NCBI GenBank assembly: GCA_012295275.1
Contig: CM022670.1
Coordinates: 36,394,001 to 36,458,000, forward strand
Direction: 5' to 3'
DNA: 64,000 nucleotides
From: Chrysomallon squamiferum
Taxonomy: Eukaryota; Animalia; Mollusca
The notes beneath the pieces were generated by a model that made no database searches, was not told the origin of the DNA, and was given only the letters and a program-made list of their open reading frames with translations. The translations under genes and the position numbers were made by a program. Below are positions 13,301 to 28,607 of this stretch, one piece after another. Position 1 is the first letter of the stretch. Every line of letters begins with the position of its first letter.

Positions 13301-16300
13301 TGGGGAAAATCTGCCTACTGCAGCTTTCTCTTCCATTTGCTGTTGAAATAATTATTGTCTTTTATGTTATATTCTATTCCAATTATTTATCACTATTATA
13401 TTTTTTGTAGCATCAACCAGCAGCTCAATTATAAAAATAGATTCAACTGCAGTTTTCCATAGAACATTTATTTATTTTGTTTGCAATCATCATTAGTATT
13501 GGGAATAAAACATCTTTTATGTTAAAAATATTTTTATTTACTCTTTTAGTTATTTCAATGTGACCTAAACAATATTAACCATGTCTAAAACCTTTTCATT
13601 CATATTTTATGTATGCAATAGAATGTCAACATGCACGAATTTTTTTTTTTAAAAGAGTCAATTCTAAATTAATTGTTATCGTAACTTTCCAGTCATTCTC
13701 TAAAGAATTTACTTCATGTACCTATGGTGCGTTTCAGTTATGTGACTTAATTATAGCACATAATCTTTTAATGAATAAAAATTCTTAACAGTCATTGTTT
13801 TAAAATCATTTTAAACAATAATAAAATAGAATTATTTCAAGTACTAGGTTCTGTACGAATCTTTTTTGCTTTTATTTTATTTAAAAAAAACATAAAATGT
13901 TACTTTTCATTGATAAAAAAAACTGTTGATAATAGTTTTAAAAAGTTGTTTACTATTAGAGTAATCTGTGTACCCTAATAGTTTCCTGTTTTACCTGCAT
14001 GAGAAACTTCGGATTAACATGTATTGTGGTTTGCTCAGGAGCATGAGCAGTGATTGGCCAAGCAGGATCTATCATGTTTACACGGACATCAAGTGCATAT
14101 AACTTCTTGTTGGGTAAAATATCTTTCCAGGTTTGTCTCAACTTGAACATCTGCCCTCTTGTTCTTTCGTCCACCTGTTGAGAATTGAAGTCCATATTTC
14201 ACAATAATAAACAAATACATGCAATAGAAAACAAATGCTGGAAAATTAAAATAGTAGGCTACTGTGACCACAAATTATTTAAAACTCTAGTCTTTTTTGA
14301 AGCAATGTTTCTATATCAAATGTCCAGTTTGTGCTTGCAAAGATGTTTTATTCGTATACCAAAGCTGTTCAATAATTCATGAGAAAAAAAAACACCCATC
14401 AAGTTTGAAAAATGAAACCAGTGGTGAACTCAAGCATTTAATGCTTTTCAGGTTAATGTTAAAAGAACCCAATTTGATATTACTAAATTCAATGGTGCAG
14501 TTTTAAAATTCAATACCCTTGCCAAGGATAATTTTATCCCACAAAACACCAATTTATTTCAGGAAAAACAAAGCATGAAAAACTCAATTACATTGAATTT
14601 GTTTACGTCAGTATATTCTCTCCTTTCTTTTAAAACATTTGATTTCAGTGTTTTGTTCTAAAATCCTAAAGATTATGTGAGAAAGATCTTTCCATCCACA
14701 CTTGCAGTTAAAAATGTTCATCAATTTGTTTATTACCATCTTTCAACAGCCGTGTTTTAAATCATGTCAAGAAGTTATTTCATTATGGCTGAGGCTACTG
14801 CTTTAACCCATTTTATCTCACAGCTCATCCCCAAGGTTTCAGCTGGAACACTTTCTCTAAATTTTAATGCAAACACAGCAGGATAAAAAAAAAAAAAACC
14901 AGTTCTCCGAGATGAAGTTGTAAATGAATGTGTATATAATAAAAATAAAAACCACAAACTATTATAATTAAATTGAAAAAAAGCTTTCCCTCATATTGTT
15001 TGTTGCGTGTATTCTTACAGCTTCCAAAAGGTTTTTGTAAATGTTTAAGGCATTTCCCACGAGCAAACATTTCACATTTCTCTTTTTTCTTTTTCAAAAA
15101 TCAGTACAATTCATTTCTACCCTGCTTAATGTCATTTTAAAAGTTGACAGAGGTTTTTGGAGGGTTTGAGATCTTCTAAAGAAATTCATCTTGTACTTAG
15201 ATTACGTGCATATTACCAAACAACTGGTAAACCACACTGCCCTATCCCTCTGAAATTAACAAGAAAAACTCATAACATCTTCTCTCTGAAAATAATTTCC
15301 ATTAATTTTATTTTATGCTCTATTTATTAACCCTTCAGTGGTCTCCAACATGACCAGAGCTGCTTTTACCCATTTTCATACCATTTTAATAAATCATTAC
15401 AATAATAAAATAAATCAACAATTTAACAAATACACACACACATATTTTTTTAATGTTAAAGTTACATTTTAGTAATGATCTTATAGTAGTTCCCTTCTGT
15501 TCCACTCTTCTGATGCAAGTATTTTTTCCTGACTGCAACCAAAAATTCATCCCATTTTCACCAGGCTGTTTATTATGCAATCTTCTGAATATGATCATTT
15601 GACAGCAGCAAGTTCATATTTATTTTTTTCAAATGTTTATATCACATAAGCAAATGTCACAAAAGAACATTCATCACTTACCTAAAATCCAGCAAAATCT
15701 ATTTTTATTTAGCATTTCACTTTTTAATGCACAAAACTTCATAAACCATTTTTATCTGGCAAAATGTCAAGTACAGATTTGGACAATTTATTAATTCAGC
15801 TCCAGTCATGTTGGAATAGTAATGTGCAGCATTATATGACAGCAGGAAACCATTTGGTTTTCTCATTAACTTACCTTTAAATAAGGTGACCCAATTAACT
15901 GAGAAATGTTGAGAAACATGCAATAAAGCAAAAAATAGAATTTATTTTTTTATTATTTTTTTAAATCTACAGACCTAAACAAATATAACCAACTATCAGT
16001 ATAGTTTTTTTAGTCCAGCTGAAAATGTTATTTGTCCAACGCAGCAAGTTCGTATAACAATAGATTAAACGAAGTCAGCTTTTATGTGACAATATCAATT
16101 CTGTGAACAGTAACAATAAAGAAAATAAATGAAGTCATAGTTCTAAAAACTTTATTATGTATAAACACATCAAGTTGATACTAATGGGCAAGTGATGTGG
16201 TAAAATGTAAAAATAAATAAATAAAATAAAAAAATAAAATTGAGAATAAGAGTGATTTATAGATTTCTTTTCCATTCAAGTCATTCAAATACAAAATTTC

Positions 16301-16636
16301 TTTTAAATATATAACCAAATTCTATATAACCTGTTCAGACTGGATAGCTGTGAAATGAACTACATATTCTTAAGTTTGTGAAGAAAACATTTAAATATAT
16401 TCTCAAAGGGGACTTGCTAACCTCTTCAAAAACTGAACAAAACATCTGGACAATATTTTGAGCAAAAAGCTTCGGATACAACGTTGATGTAAGATTCTTT
16501 ATTATGGAGTCAATGAGGTACAGAACTGGCAGCTTGTAGGCAGTCTTCACCTGCATTAAAAATAAATAATATATTAATCAAAATTTCATAAAATATATAA
16601 TAATCAAGAGTTTTTTTGTTTGTTTTTTTAAAAGTC

Positions 16637-16671
<35 letters not shown>

Positions 16672-19600
16672 AAAAAAAAAATAAAAATAAAAAAAATTAA
16701 ACTAATAATCCAACAATGAAATCCAATCATGTATATATCAATAAGTCCAAAACAAAAATAAAGTAATAATAATAAATAAATAAATTAATAAATAATTTAG
16801 CTGTTGAACACCTGTTAACTTAAATACTTACCCTCAGTGTCAAATGAGATAGCCGTTTTAAATTCTGTATTTAAAAAATTATCTAACTATAAAGTTATCA
16901 AATGTGCATAGCTTTTTTTTTTCTTTTTTTTTTTGAACCTTTTTAAGTTTATATATCTGACATATGCCAATATTAAAGAAAATGAATAAAAAAATATCCA
17001 ACATAAGGAAAATACAATTTATGTGAAGAAAATAATTACTATAGATGAATCTGATTTATACCCATGCAGTAAATATTTTCACCTTTAGCACATTGTTTTA
17101 CATTAAATATTTACTTCTATTGAAATGCTGCATCGTTCTAATTCACTTTTTTGACTGATGGTTACAGAATGTTCCAGCTTTGTGCTGTTTTACTGAAAAT
17201 CATCCATAGAAATACACACACACAGAAACGCACTCAACTATCATTCTTCTCAATTCAGTCTCAAAAATAAGAAATAAAAAACATTAATACTAATTTTATT
17301 AATGAATTAAGAGGTATACAAAATCTTCATAGGTTTTTCCAAACTGGTCATGTTTTTTTATTCTGTATGATGGCAATCCAGAAAATTATTCTTGGTATGC
17401 TCTTGATTACAATATACACAAAGAAGTCATCTTAGTTAAAATAGTTTTAAAAAATAAATTAAACAAATAAAATAACAAAATCTGAATTCCACATTTTGTT
17501 GAATGTACATATTCTTTATTTAATGTGCAATTTCCGTAATTCCATTTCTTTATGCTGTTGATTTGAACTGATGATTGTCTGCAAGCCGATTAATCTGTAT
17601 TTAAAAAATACATACATCAGTTATGGTTTGTCATCAGTATCTTCTGTTTTCACATTATTCAACTACTGAGTCAAATAGTTTTCCATGTAAATCATTTGAT
17701 AAATACACATTTTCTTTCCCCCACATTTCCAATTTAAAGTTGCATTCAGTAGGTGTTAGTTACTGCCAGATGATTCAGTTCAAAAAGCTTATTTGCTTTT
17801 TCATCAATGTCAAAGATAATTAAAACAGCCATTAATCATGGCATATAAATGTATCAAATCATAAATAAATGGTGCTTATTAACTTCCTCAATCACAGCAG
17901 ATCAGGGCTTGACACTTTAATATTATTTCATGTTAGGTACACCAAAATGCACATAAGTATTTCAAGTAAGATGAAGTTATATTTGTAAATTATTTATCAA
18001 AGGTTCATTACCTAATGTACATTTATTAAATAGCTGGTGAAAAAATTCTATTAATCGATTATTTAGCATTTGCTTGTTCACTAGACACTTCTTTTCAGCA
18101 GGCAGCATGTCAAGATAATAAAATTGTTTCACAGGACTGGTCTAAATTATATACAACTTATTTTTAGTGATAATCTCATTTCAAATATTCAAATAAACAT
18201 GTAGGTTTTCAAACTTCTTTCCTTTAAAACAGTAATAAGCTGTGCCATGTTTTTCTTTTTTAAATTACTACTTCAAATATAATACATCAAATAAACTAAG
18301 ATACACACAAGTCTGTTCATCTATGGTATTTATATTTAAATTTTTCAAATGTGTATGTAATTCATCCTGAAGTATTTTCATATGTACTGAAACAAAAACA
18401 AAACAAAACAAAAACACACAAACCAATCCAAATTCTGAACTGAGCTATGAAATAAAAATGTTAGATATCAGATATAGAAAACTGACGTTCAATTTCTGTT
18501 GCAATACAAAGACATCTTATTTAATATTTAAAATAAGTAACGTTTTTCTCTGAAATCATGCTGCATCATTGATATTTCATCTTTATCTCTTCATCTGAAG
18601 TGTTTAAATAACTTTTATTCTTTTTGTTTTTCAAGAAAATCTTGTAAATTAAATCTTAAAATTTTAAAGGCCTTTTGAAAATGTATGCTCTTTCAATTTT
18701 TGGGTGAAATACAGATTCAAATTTGAAAAAAATCTGAATTACATTCCAATGGCACAAAACAAGTTAACACAGCCGTCTGTTTATGTATTTATTCAAGACT
18801 TGATAGCTAACAGACAAATTAATACAATACAAAACACTAAACAAATTCATGTATTTGGCATCATCTTCTTTTTTTCTGTCTTTTTAAATAAAATTTTTAA
18901 AAAATAAAAAAAATACTGATGTAGAAAGTTAAGATGTTCATACTAGTACAAATCATGGAATACCAGTTGAAAACTTAACAGAATTTTTTTTCTTTTAATT
19001 CTGATTAGCAGTAACAGCTAAAATGTAATAGTGTCATAAATTATATGGATACATTTTAAAACATTGCAGTGATCTCTGAAAATGGATTTGAAAAATGATG
19101 TTGAACTCCATGTTTACTGCCTGATATTCCATGTTATTTCAATAAAAAATATATATATATAACAATAATAAAGAAAATAAGATTGCATGTAATTTCATAC
19201 CTTAGTATATATTAACAAAATATACAGTTCATAAAATTTCATAAAAGGAAAATAAAGTGAAAATCTGTTTGGACTAGATTCTTAAAATTTGTGCTACTTT
19301 CAATTTATTCTTTAAAAAAATTATATATACAATGTGGACATCAATTATAATTTCAATAATTGTACTAGGGTATGAAATTATGAGGGTAGCTTAATTAAAA
19401 TGCTTTTTAATTCTTTCAATATTTAAACATAATAAAAATGAACAGTCAAATACGTGCAAAGATTGTGAAATGTATTTAATTTCAGTTTATTTAGTAACTA
19501 GTAACTATAATTTTCATACAAATGCTTACTTATTACGGTGAATTATTATTTACTGATTATATTTAATAAACATCATTTGTGTCTCAAACATTCCCGTTTC

Positions 19601-20530
19601 ATCTACTTTTGCATCAGCAGTATTGTCACCTCTTAAATACAATGGTGTCAAAAAATATTAACTTTTGTCAGCATCAATTTGTTTTGAAGACTGAATAGAA
19701 ATACTGTCAAACAGCACGTTCTAATAACCTGCATTCTTTTTACTTCAAATAAAAATATTTATCATTTATCTGTTGTTACTTTAACTTAACATTGCTGCAT
19801 TATTTACTATTTTCCAATGTGAAGTCCAAAATGAATATGTTATAAATAGCTGAATATTTTTATGGCAACCTACATTTTTAGTGGTAATGTATAAATGCTT
19901 GTAGGACATACAATTATAATACAGCATTTAAAAAAATAACTAAGAGGTATTGGTGCGAAGTGTAAACCGCCATTTGCTATTTTGGTATATTACCTAAAAT
20001 GGTATATTGATAATTACTGTAGAAAAGGTGTATTTAATCTGTTTGATTTTAAAATATTAACGCTAACAAAACACTGTTCAACAGTTTTCTAATTTCATTC
20101 ACAATTTTTACACATTTAACAAATAATGGTGAAAAATGATTTTATGGAAATATTACTGAAATCATGAATCGATGAACTACTGATTCTGTTATCTTTGCAA
20201 AATTACATTTCCTTTCTAAAATTTGTTATTTTTATATTTCATACAAAATATCGGTCACTTCACGTGATCTTTCAGGATTCTGGATCCGCCATGTTGAAAA
20301 TTTTCAATTTCTTATTACTTACTTCTTTTATACAGTAAATGATAATAAAATAGATTTAGAAAAACAAAATATAAAACCTGCGCAATATGTTGCTCAATTG
20401 CCTGTACTATTTGCGGAGCATTCTGTTCTTCTTCTTCAGCCAACATTGTTAACATATTGATCAAAGGTTTGCTGTTGAACTTCAGATCGCTCAGCGATGA
20501 CCTATAGCTTTCTCCTACGTCGTCAGCCAT
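3879..20530 (-). CDS. PCF11: Pre-mRNA cleavage complex II protein Pcf11 (about 2090 aa after correcting 5 small indels)
   Basis: Coding exons (GT-AG): 20378-20530, 16422-16550, 13995-14174, 13160-13339, 11383-12785, 8155-11112, 7883-7940, 7391-7556, 7021-7094, 6207-6390, 5923-5965, 5622-5749, 4908-5039, 3879-4354. N-terminal CID (YRSSLSDLKFNSKPLINMLTMLAEE; KLPVLYLIDSIIKN; LRQTW...DPAWPI...IHVNPKF), DINSLFQKLLATGII helix, C2H2 zinc finger (QCTSCGERF...HLDWHFRKN...RDWY), EWIQY segment and C2HC zinc finger (CCICGDPFDQYWHEEKEDW...YHPVC). The raw frame stops at 3926; the corrected frame ends at TAA 3879-3881. Confidence 0.96.
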
Positions 20531-21520
20531 AATGTACCAAATGATTAAATGTACTGCGTATAATACGACAGTTTTAAGCGACGGAGCATCTAGTTATCAC
20601 AAAGGAAAATAAAATGAGTCAAATAATGTAAATAGTCGTGACAAAATTTAGATCTCTGAAGACCTAACGCGTTAGCAACAATGGATACCAAGGAGAAGTG
20701 ATATCGATTGGCTTAAAAACATTTGTCGCCTCCAAAACTTTAACCAATCACATTTTCGTTTATATAACAGAAAACAGAATCTAGATATTCCTGCGAAGAG
20801 AAATTGACCCTACGGTTTGACTAGAATACTTTTTCATTTGCGGACATGTAGTTTATTATTCATTTTGACTAAATTGGTTTAACTACCATTTCTTTTAAGT
20901 TTTTATGCTTAGAAATAATTAGAGAAAAATACAGTTTATTTATTTATGTTTTTGTTTATTATATTTTTGTGCGTATATCATACTATATGTGTGTGTTCTT
21001 GTGTAATTACATCTTTTAATAATATTAATAGGTCCCCAAAATATCGTGAAAATAAATATTTGGAATGACACTTTGTTTAGACTTTAGTAATGGTAGTGGG
21101 AATATTTAATTTAAATAGACTAAATATGCACACGCGCATTTATATGTAGATAACGTTTAACACTATTCTAAATACCATCCTATGCTTATAATAAATAATT
21201 ATAAATAATAATGACTTTTTTTCCGATAGAAAAGATGCTTTCAGATCACACTAGTATTTGAAATTTCAAATGTTTTTTTTTTATTTCATTACTAATTTAA
21301 ATTCTATAAAATTTTATTTCATTACAATTAAAGTCGATTCTCTTGTCCTGATACGTTTGATGACTCTTGCAAGCGACGTCTAGATGTCATCCAATCGGTT
21401 TCACTGTACTTTCTTGGTCACGGTTTGCAAGGTGTAATGACATCAGAGGATGACGAAGACCTGCTTCCGGATGTAGTTTTGTTTTTGTTATGCTGGAAGT
21501 GAGGACGCACGAATGAGCTA
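20531..21520. promoter_or_regulatory. Divergent promoter region PCF11/RAB30
   Basis: Head-to-head genes with local CpG enrichment. CCAAT boxes near 20707 (reverse), 20744 and 21391; TGACATCA near 21438; ETS-like CTTCCGGATGT near 21464. Transcription start sites are not determined. Confidence 0.55.
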
Positions 21521-22126
21521 AAACATTTTTTATATATTCAGTTAATTTTCTAAAAATATGTTATTACTAAAAATACCACTATAAAAGATGCAATTTTAAT
21601 TCAGTTTGTCCAGTTTGAGTTTTACGAAGTGAAAATATTCGTTTTTGCCTACCAATTTTGTAAGTTGTTTTGCAGGGATAGCTAACACAACAGCTGATTT
21701 ACATATAAACATTAAATGATATGTACTGTTACAGTATTGTTGATACTTCTAGATTTCAATTTATATATTCAAAATAATATGTTGAATCTTGATAAACTGA
21801 CTCAGAAATGTTTTACAATGATTTCTTTATTATTTAATCTGAATTTGACAAGTTTACAAGTTATTTGTATTGATTACTGATTCAAGTGATTGTGCACGTA
21901 ATAAAAAGCTTACTGCTTAGTTCTTCATATTAATACACGACTATCTAAAGAAATGAAGAGACACGCAAAGATTTTCGTATATTGATAAAATGGGTATTAA
22001 ATTTTGGAGTTCTGATTGTAATCTCAACTGTTTAATAATAATGATGAAGATGATGATAATAACAATAACAATAATAATCTGATGTTTATTTATTTATTTT
22101 TGAAACTGCTTTCAGCTTTATTACTG

Positions 22127-23758
22127 ATGGAAGATTACAAATATCTGTTTAAAGTTGTACTTATTGGAAATGCTGGTGTTGGCAAAACATGTTTAGTACG
22201 CAGATTTACACAGGTTTGTGCAGCTTATCAACATACCTAACATATTTGTGTTTAAATATTAGCAAGTAGTTGGAATTAGTCATAAAAATGATCATTTGTT
22301 TTTGCCTTTATTACCTACATCAATGTAATTATGTTGTCTCATTTTCATTAAAATCTTGGTAAAGGCAAAAAAGTCAAATGTTTTTAAATAAAAAAAAAAA
22401 AAGGAGGAAGTTTATTTTGGTGATAAGAAAACCTTTTGGAGAAGTGACCCAAAATAACAAAAGCAGGTCATTTCATTCAAGACATAAAGATAGATGGATA
22501 TCTGTATTTTTCTTTATAGACTAAAATGCTTTTTAAAGTTTTTATTATGTAATCACATTAAAGCTGTTATGAAGCACTTTTTAATTTGTACCTTATTTTA
22601 CTGTTGATTGCTATCTAGATTTATTTATATTACTTTCTGTCTTCAGGGTCTTTTTCCACCTGGTCAAGGAGCTACCATAGGTGTTGATTTCATGATCAAA
22701 ACAGTTGATGTTAATGGAGAGAAGGTCAAGGTCAGATATACTATATAAATTATTTTCATTATTGTTAAAATTAATTATTGATACCTTTAACTGCAGATGT
22801 TTATATATTTTATTAATCAATCACCAGATTTTAATAATATTTTGAACCAAAATCACATTTTTTGTGATAGCTGAAGAAATTTCAACACTTAATCATGCCA
22901 TACATGTGATCACAGGTATTAATCATATTGTTCCAAAAAAAAAAAAAATATGTACATTTTTTTTGTTACATTTTTACAGCTCCAGATTTGGGACACTGCT
23001 GGTCAGGAAAGATTTCGTTCAATCACTCAAAGCTACTACAGATCTGCAAATGCTTTAATTCTTGTTTATGATGTCTGCTGTCAGACATCATTTGACGGAC
23101 TTACACAGTGGCTAAATGAAATAGAGATGTATGCCAGCAGTAAGGTCCTTACATACCTTGTTGGTATGTAGACTGATCCTTGACTTATTTTAGTGTCTAA
23201 CTAGATATATCTGCTTTAATGTCACTCTGTCGCACTTTTGATATGTTCCATTTGGTTAATACCATGGAGTAATGGTTTAATATATTTAATTTATTCATTT
23301 TATGTCTATTTATTTTTGACTTAATGTTTTTGCTTATATATACTTAAAATAATTAGGTATGTCCCAGAACACTGAAGTAAATATTTTGACCATAATGATT
23401 TTAAGTTAATAAGAAAGCTTTTGCATTATTTCATTACTTACTTCATGAAAATTTTATTTAATTTTGCTTAATTCTCATCAATATAATATTACCTGTTTTA
23501 TTTTAAGGTAATAAAACAGATCAAATAACTAAGCGGGAAATTCCAACACATATTGGTGAGCAGTTTTCAGAGAGATATGAAATGAATTTTTTGGAAACCT
23601 CAGCAAAAGAAGCTGATAATGTTGAAAAACTCTTTATGGATATTGCAGTTAAATTAACTAAACAAACAAGAGACCATGAACTTCATCCGGCTAATGGTGA
23701 AACTTTTAACAAGGGAGAGACAACCTCCATATCAACAATTAGTTGTTGCAAAATTTGA
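22127..23758 (+). CDS. RAB30: Ras-related protein Rab-30 (201 aa)
   Basis: Exons 22127-22213, 22647-22730, 22980-23163, 23508-23758 (606 nt, in phase). [44 protein letters not shown] is the Rab30 signature. Also [32 protein letters not shown] and a C-terminal CCKI prenylation motif. The acceptor at 22115 implies an upstream 5'UTR exon. Confidence 0.96.
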
Positions 23759-26700
23759 TATCACCGATATCCATTGAAACAAAAAAATCAAAAGCTTGAA
23801 GTATGTTGTTTAGATCTTTCACAGCTGTCACGTTTTAAATAATAATGCAGATCAGTATTGTTTTCACATTTTAAAGAAATATATTGAAAGGGTATTGGAC
23901 TGTTTCATTAATATATATATATATATATATATGCTTAAAGCAAACATTTTCTTAAGAATTAGATATGAATTGAAATTTGATTGGAATCAGATATATTATA
24001 ATTAATTTCATGCACATATTTTAAGATGATTAACTGCATCACTATTTTATTATCTAATCACATTAGTTTATATTTAAATTGCAACTAAGACATCAAAATA
24101 GTTTTTACTCTAAATAGATATTTAATACTTTATTTTATAAAGCTAGTTTTTATATGTTCTATATTCTTTTTGCTTTCTTTTTTAAAACAACAGCAACAAA
24201 ATCTGCCCAGCATATATGTATTAATAGCTTAAAGTCTACTTTCTTTTCGATTTTTGTAATCTGGTTAGATATAACATTTAATTTTATTATCAGTTGTTAA
24301 TGTTTAGATATCAAGTCATACTGTTTTATTTATTTTATTTATTTTATCAATTTTAATCTAATGTTGGCTTTCTATTTAAAAATTACTGAGATCCAATGCA
24401 TACAGTTTATTCTCTGGCAGTATGATTTGAAAGTACATAGAAAAAATTATTCATGACATAATTAAATTTTTTTCCTTCAGTTATTTATATATTTATTAAA
24501 AAATCAGTATTATTTGTTAAATGTGCCAAAACCTTATTGATGTACGTATGACACTATATACCTAACAGCACTTCTTTTCTTGGTGATTACAATTTATTTG
24601 AAAAATTTGATAATGCAGAATTTAATTATTAGGGGGTGGAGAACAAAAAAATCCAAAAAGTTGAAGGGCTTAATTGATATGATTGGCAGATTAGTGCTTG
24701 CTACTCTGTATATTTATTTTATGCTTTCAATGGGTTTTACTTTATTAAAATGGCCTGTATATAAGCAGATTTACAAAATTCCAGGTTTTGAGTTAAAATC
24801 ATCAGTTATCAATTTTGTAAAATTTTATATCTATTTTAGTTTTTAATTTTGCTGTATAAATTAAATTTCTGGTTTGTATATATTGATATAAATTGAATAC
24901 AAGATTTAATCGGTTTTATACCATTTTGTTAGGATGTAATGTTAATATTTTAAAGAAAAGGTCCTCAAGTCCATTAGGGTGAATATAAATTATGTATTTC
25001 ACAACCTGTGCTTTACAGCTGATTACTTTCAGTGGATTATTACCTCTCACTGTGCTATTCAGTGATGCATATACTAATGACATACTTGACAGTGACATAA
25101 TGCACCAATGCATTATTAAATATATCAAACTGTTAACCTTAAGCACCATGAAATATTTTCATGTGTGAAAGAATAATACTTAGTCAGAAACAGTGAGATA
25201 TTTTGGACCAAAATTTATTTGTGGTCATGAATCTCATGTCATTTATGATAACACACTTACTGAATTGATGAAAGTTTAAGATTACTGGACCCCTAATATA
25301 ATTATTATTATTATTATTATTATTTGTTCTGATAATAATTCCAGACAGTAAAGATGTCATTCTAGCTCAGATCTGTTTCATTCCTTTTTAATGTACTTGA
25401 TGATTTTAGTCACTTTATATTGTATTATTCATTTTATTTCTTCTTTTTTTAATCAGTCTGGGTTTTTTTTTTTGGGGGTTTTATCATTGTAAATAGATTT
25501 TGGAAAATTAATTGCATTGACGTGTCAGACTAGTCAGTTTTGTAAAATTGGTAAAGGTTACTTTGTAGAATATTGATCGTAACTTCTACTTTATTAGTGG
25601 TTTTTAAGTGCTGTGTTTTCTGTGCAGGTTTATTTTTGTTTTTTTTGTTTAACAAAGTTTAGTTTATTTTGTTTTGTATCTTTCCTTAATAAATATCTCT
25701 GCAGAATTATACAAAATTACCTATTTGCATTTACTATTTCATGTTTTAGAGAGGTTTCCTTAAGTGGTGACTTGTTAGTTTTATTTAATATTTCTAGTAA
25801 CATTAGGCCTACTATTATCCAGTATGTACATTTAATTTTAAAATTTCTATATTTATTGAGTCATATTATCCAAGCTCGTATTAAATCAGATACTGTCTCA
25901 AAGGTAATCATTAATGGAAAGCACAGCATTATTCTCTTGTATTTTATTTTTATTTTACTGAATGTGCCAAATGTTTTTCCTTTTGCATTACATTCATAAA
26001 AATAAATCAAATTTAAACGCTCTTGTTGGTTTGTTTCATTTTCTGCCTTTAATTTCCAGATTAATTTATTAGTACAGTGATGAAATATACCAATTTTTTT
26101 TATTATGGTTACAAACAAAATGTATTGTTTTTATCATCAAAAGCAGACTGTACAAGATTATATTTTTTACAGCATATGTATCTTATCTAGTAGTTTATAT
26201 TAAATTTGCACATAAATGCACTGTGGCAAAGAAAAATGAAAAGAAAACAAGTTCATCATGATATGGTTTAATGAATGTCAAAGAACACACGTACATACAT
26301 AGGTATGCAGAACTGCAGCACCTAAAACAAATTGCTTTAACAGGAACACATTTCATTTTTATTCTAGACAATTTTACATGAAGATTATTTTAAAATTTAA
26401 TTGCTACTGTGAAATCATATTTATTACGTTTAAATTCAACATATAATTATTAAAATAATAAATAAATAAATAAATAAATAAATAAAATAAAAAATCTGGA
26501 CACAATGTACATGATTAAAAATGTACATGCTACCAGAACTGAACATTTTTAACAATAAAATGATAATAAAAATCAAGAATATTTGACAGAATGTTGTGCT
26601 TTTATAAAGAAATAACACTTATTTTTCTGAATTTATTATTATATATTTTTTAATACATGTATAAAAATTAAATAAAAATGAAAGGTATTAGTACAAAATA

Positions 26701-28556
26701 ACCTAACAGTTACTCTATTCAAAGACACATAATTTTACTTTGACACAAAAAAGTACTCTCAAAACAATAATGAAACTATATACATATATTTCCAATATCC
26801 ATCCTTTATATATACACACTTTGTCTTTGTAAAATAGCAGGTATTAAATGCCTTACTATTTATCCAGCATCAATTCTTTTTAAACTAACAAGTTCTGAAA
26901 TATTAGGATAATACCTTTAAAAATACTTCCATTTTTAAAACTCTTGTTGAATTACAGACTTAATCATAACTTGAAATAAAACAGCCTTTTATTTGTTACT
27001 TACCTGTTAAGATTTATAAGAAACATGAAATTTAAATCATAATAAAAAACACAGAAACTATACAGGCATTAACTTTCATTAATTTCTACAATCTAATCAC
27101 TGTTAACATGATTTTTAAATGCAAAAAGGACCAAAAGCCAAGATACACAGGCATCATTTGCAAAAGTTTTTCTCCAAAATCTAAGGTAGTATCTGTAGTG
27201 AAAGTAGTAGAATAATGTACATTAAAAAGAAAAATAGAAGCGATTTCTTACTTTTAAAGTTAAAAATATTAAAATATAAAGTTTAATGAAGATGTTTCTA
27301 CATTTTTAACCAAAGCATATTAGTTACACAGTAGGATACGATTATTCAACACAACAAATATATATTTATATGTATATTGCACATATTAATACTTGCATTT
27401 ATCAAAAAAAAAAAAAAAAAAAAAAAAATTAAACATTAATAAAATAAAATAAATAAATCTTGTAAGAAAAATGAAACTGATACTTTAAACTAACATATAT
27501 AGCTTAATATAGAAAAACTTACATAATAATCATTTTAATAATTTCTTTAGCTTTATGAAACCAATATAAAAACAAAAATCATAATGTCAAATATCCATTT
27601 TCCAAAAGCATTCTCCTTTGTTAACAGGAGTAAAGACAAAAATGAAAAGATGCAGTATGTACAAGACAACATTCATAAATATTAAAAATCCCTATAATTC
27701 ATATCAATAAGATTTCAGTTTTCATGTTTTAATTAAAATCTATAGACAATGAAAATGTGTTCTTGAGTAGCAGGTGAAAACACAAACCTTTTTTTTATTA
27801 TTTTTTTAAATAATACAAAAGCCACTGATGAAAAAGTAAACCAAGATCTGAAAAAAAGAAATGAAAAAAAAGAAACATAAATCAAAATATAAGAGCATCT
27901 TCTTCCTAAATTGAATTGAAACATTTAAAAAAATAATTTTACAGTCACAATGTTAGTAAAACTTATTCTTTGAAAATTTCATCTGCTAGTTTGAAACATA
28001 TGTAATCAAACAAATATTTATCACCAATCACTGCTGACCATTCACACAATTAACAATAGATTTCTTTAAATAATAAATAGAACTAAATTAATAGTAAAAG
28101 TAAAAAGTGAAGACAAAAGCTGAGGAACAGATATATTCATTCTGCTAGTTCAAAACATATAAAATCAAACAATTTAAGTATCTGGGAAGACAAATGTAAT
28201 TACAATAATAAAGTCACACATATTAATTCTTAAAATTCATTAACATGACAAGTTTATTAATCATCCTATTTTTATCAAACATGTTCTTGGGTATTTTTGC
28301 AATGTACAGCATAACAATTCACAAAAATTAAAAGTTATCTCACAGACTTTTGGTTTTATTTATCAACAGTATCTGTCATTCAACAGCAAAATATTTTCAA
28401 AATCAAGTGATTTTTACTTGATAAAAACAATTCTAAGTATTAGCAGTAGTTACAAAATTGGTTGACTAGTATAATTATGTTGTATTGAAACTAGTATTCT
28501 AATAAACACAATAAATTTCATTTGAATTCAATTTGAACATCAAGAAATAAGATTAA

Positions 28557-28560
<4 letters not shown>

Positions 28561-28601
<41 letters not shown>

Positions 28602-28607
28602 AGAGAG
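28561..28607. repeat. (GA)n microsatellite
   Basis: Seen directly. Confidence 0.95.

Noticed and set aside
27979-28172. Direct repeat of about 35 bp (tctgctagtt..aaacatat..aatcaaacaa) downstream of RAB33
   Set aside because: Small local duplication with no functional signature.
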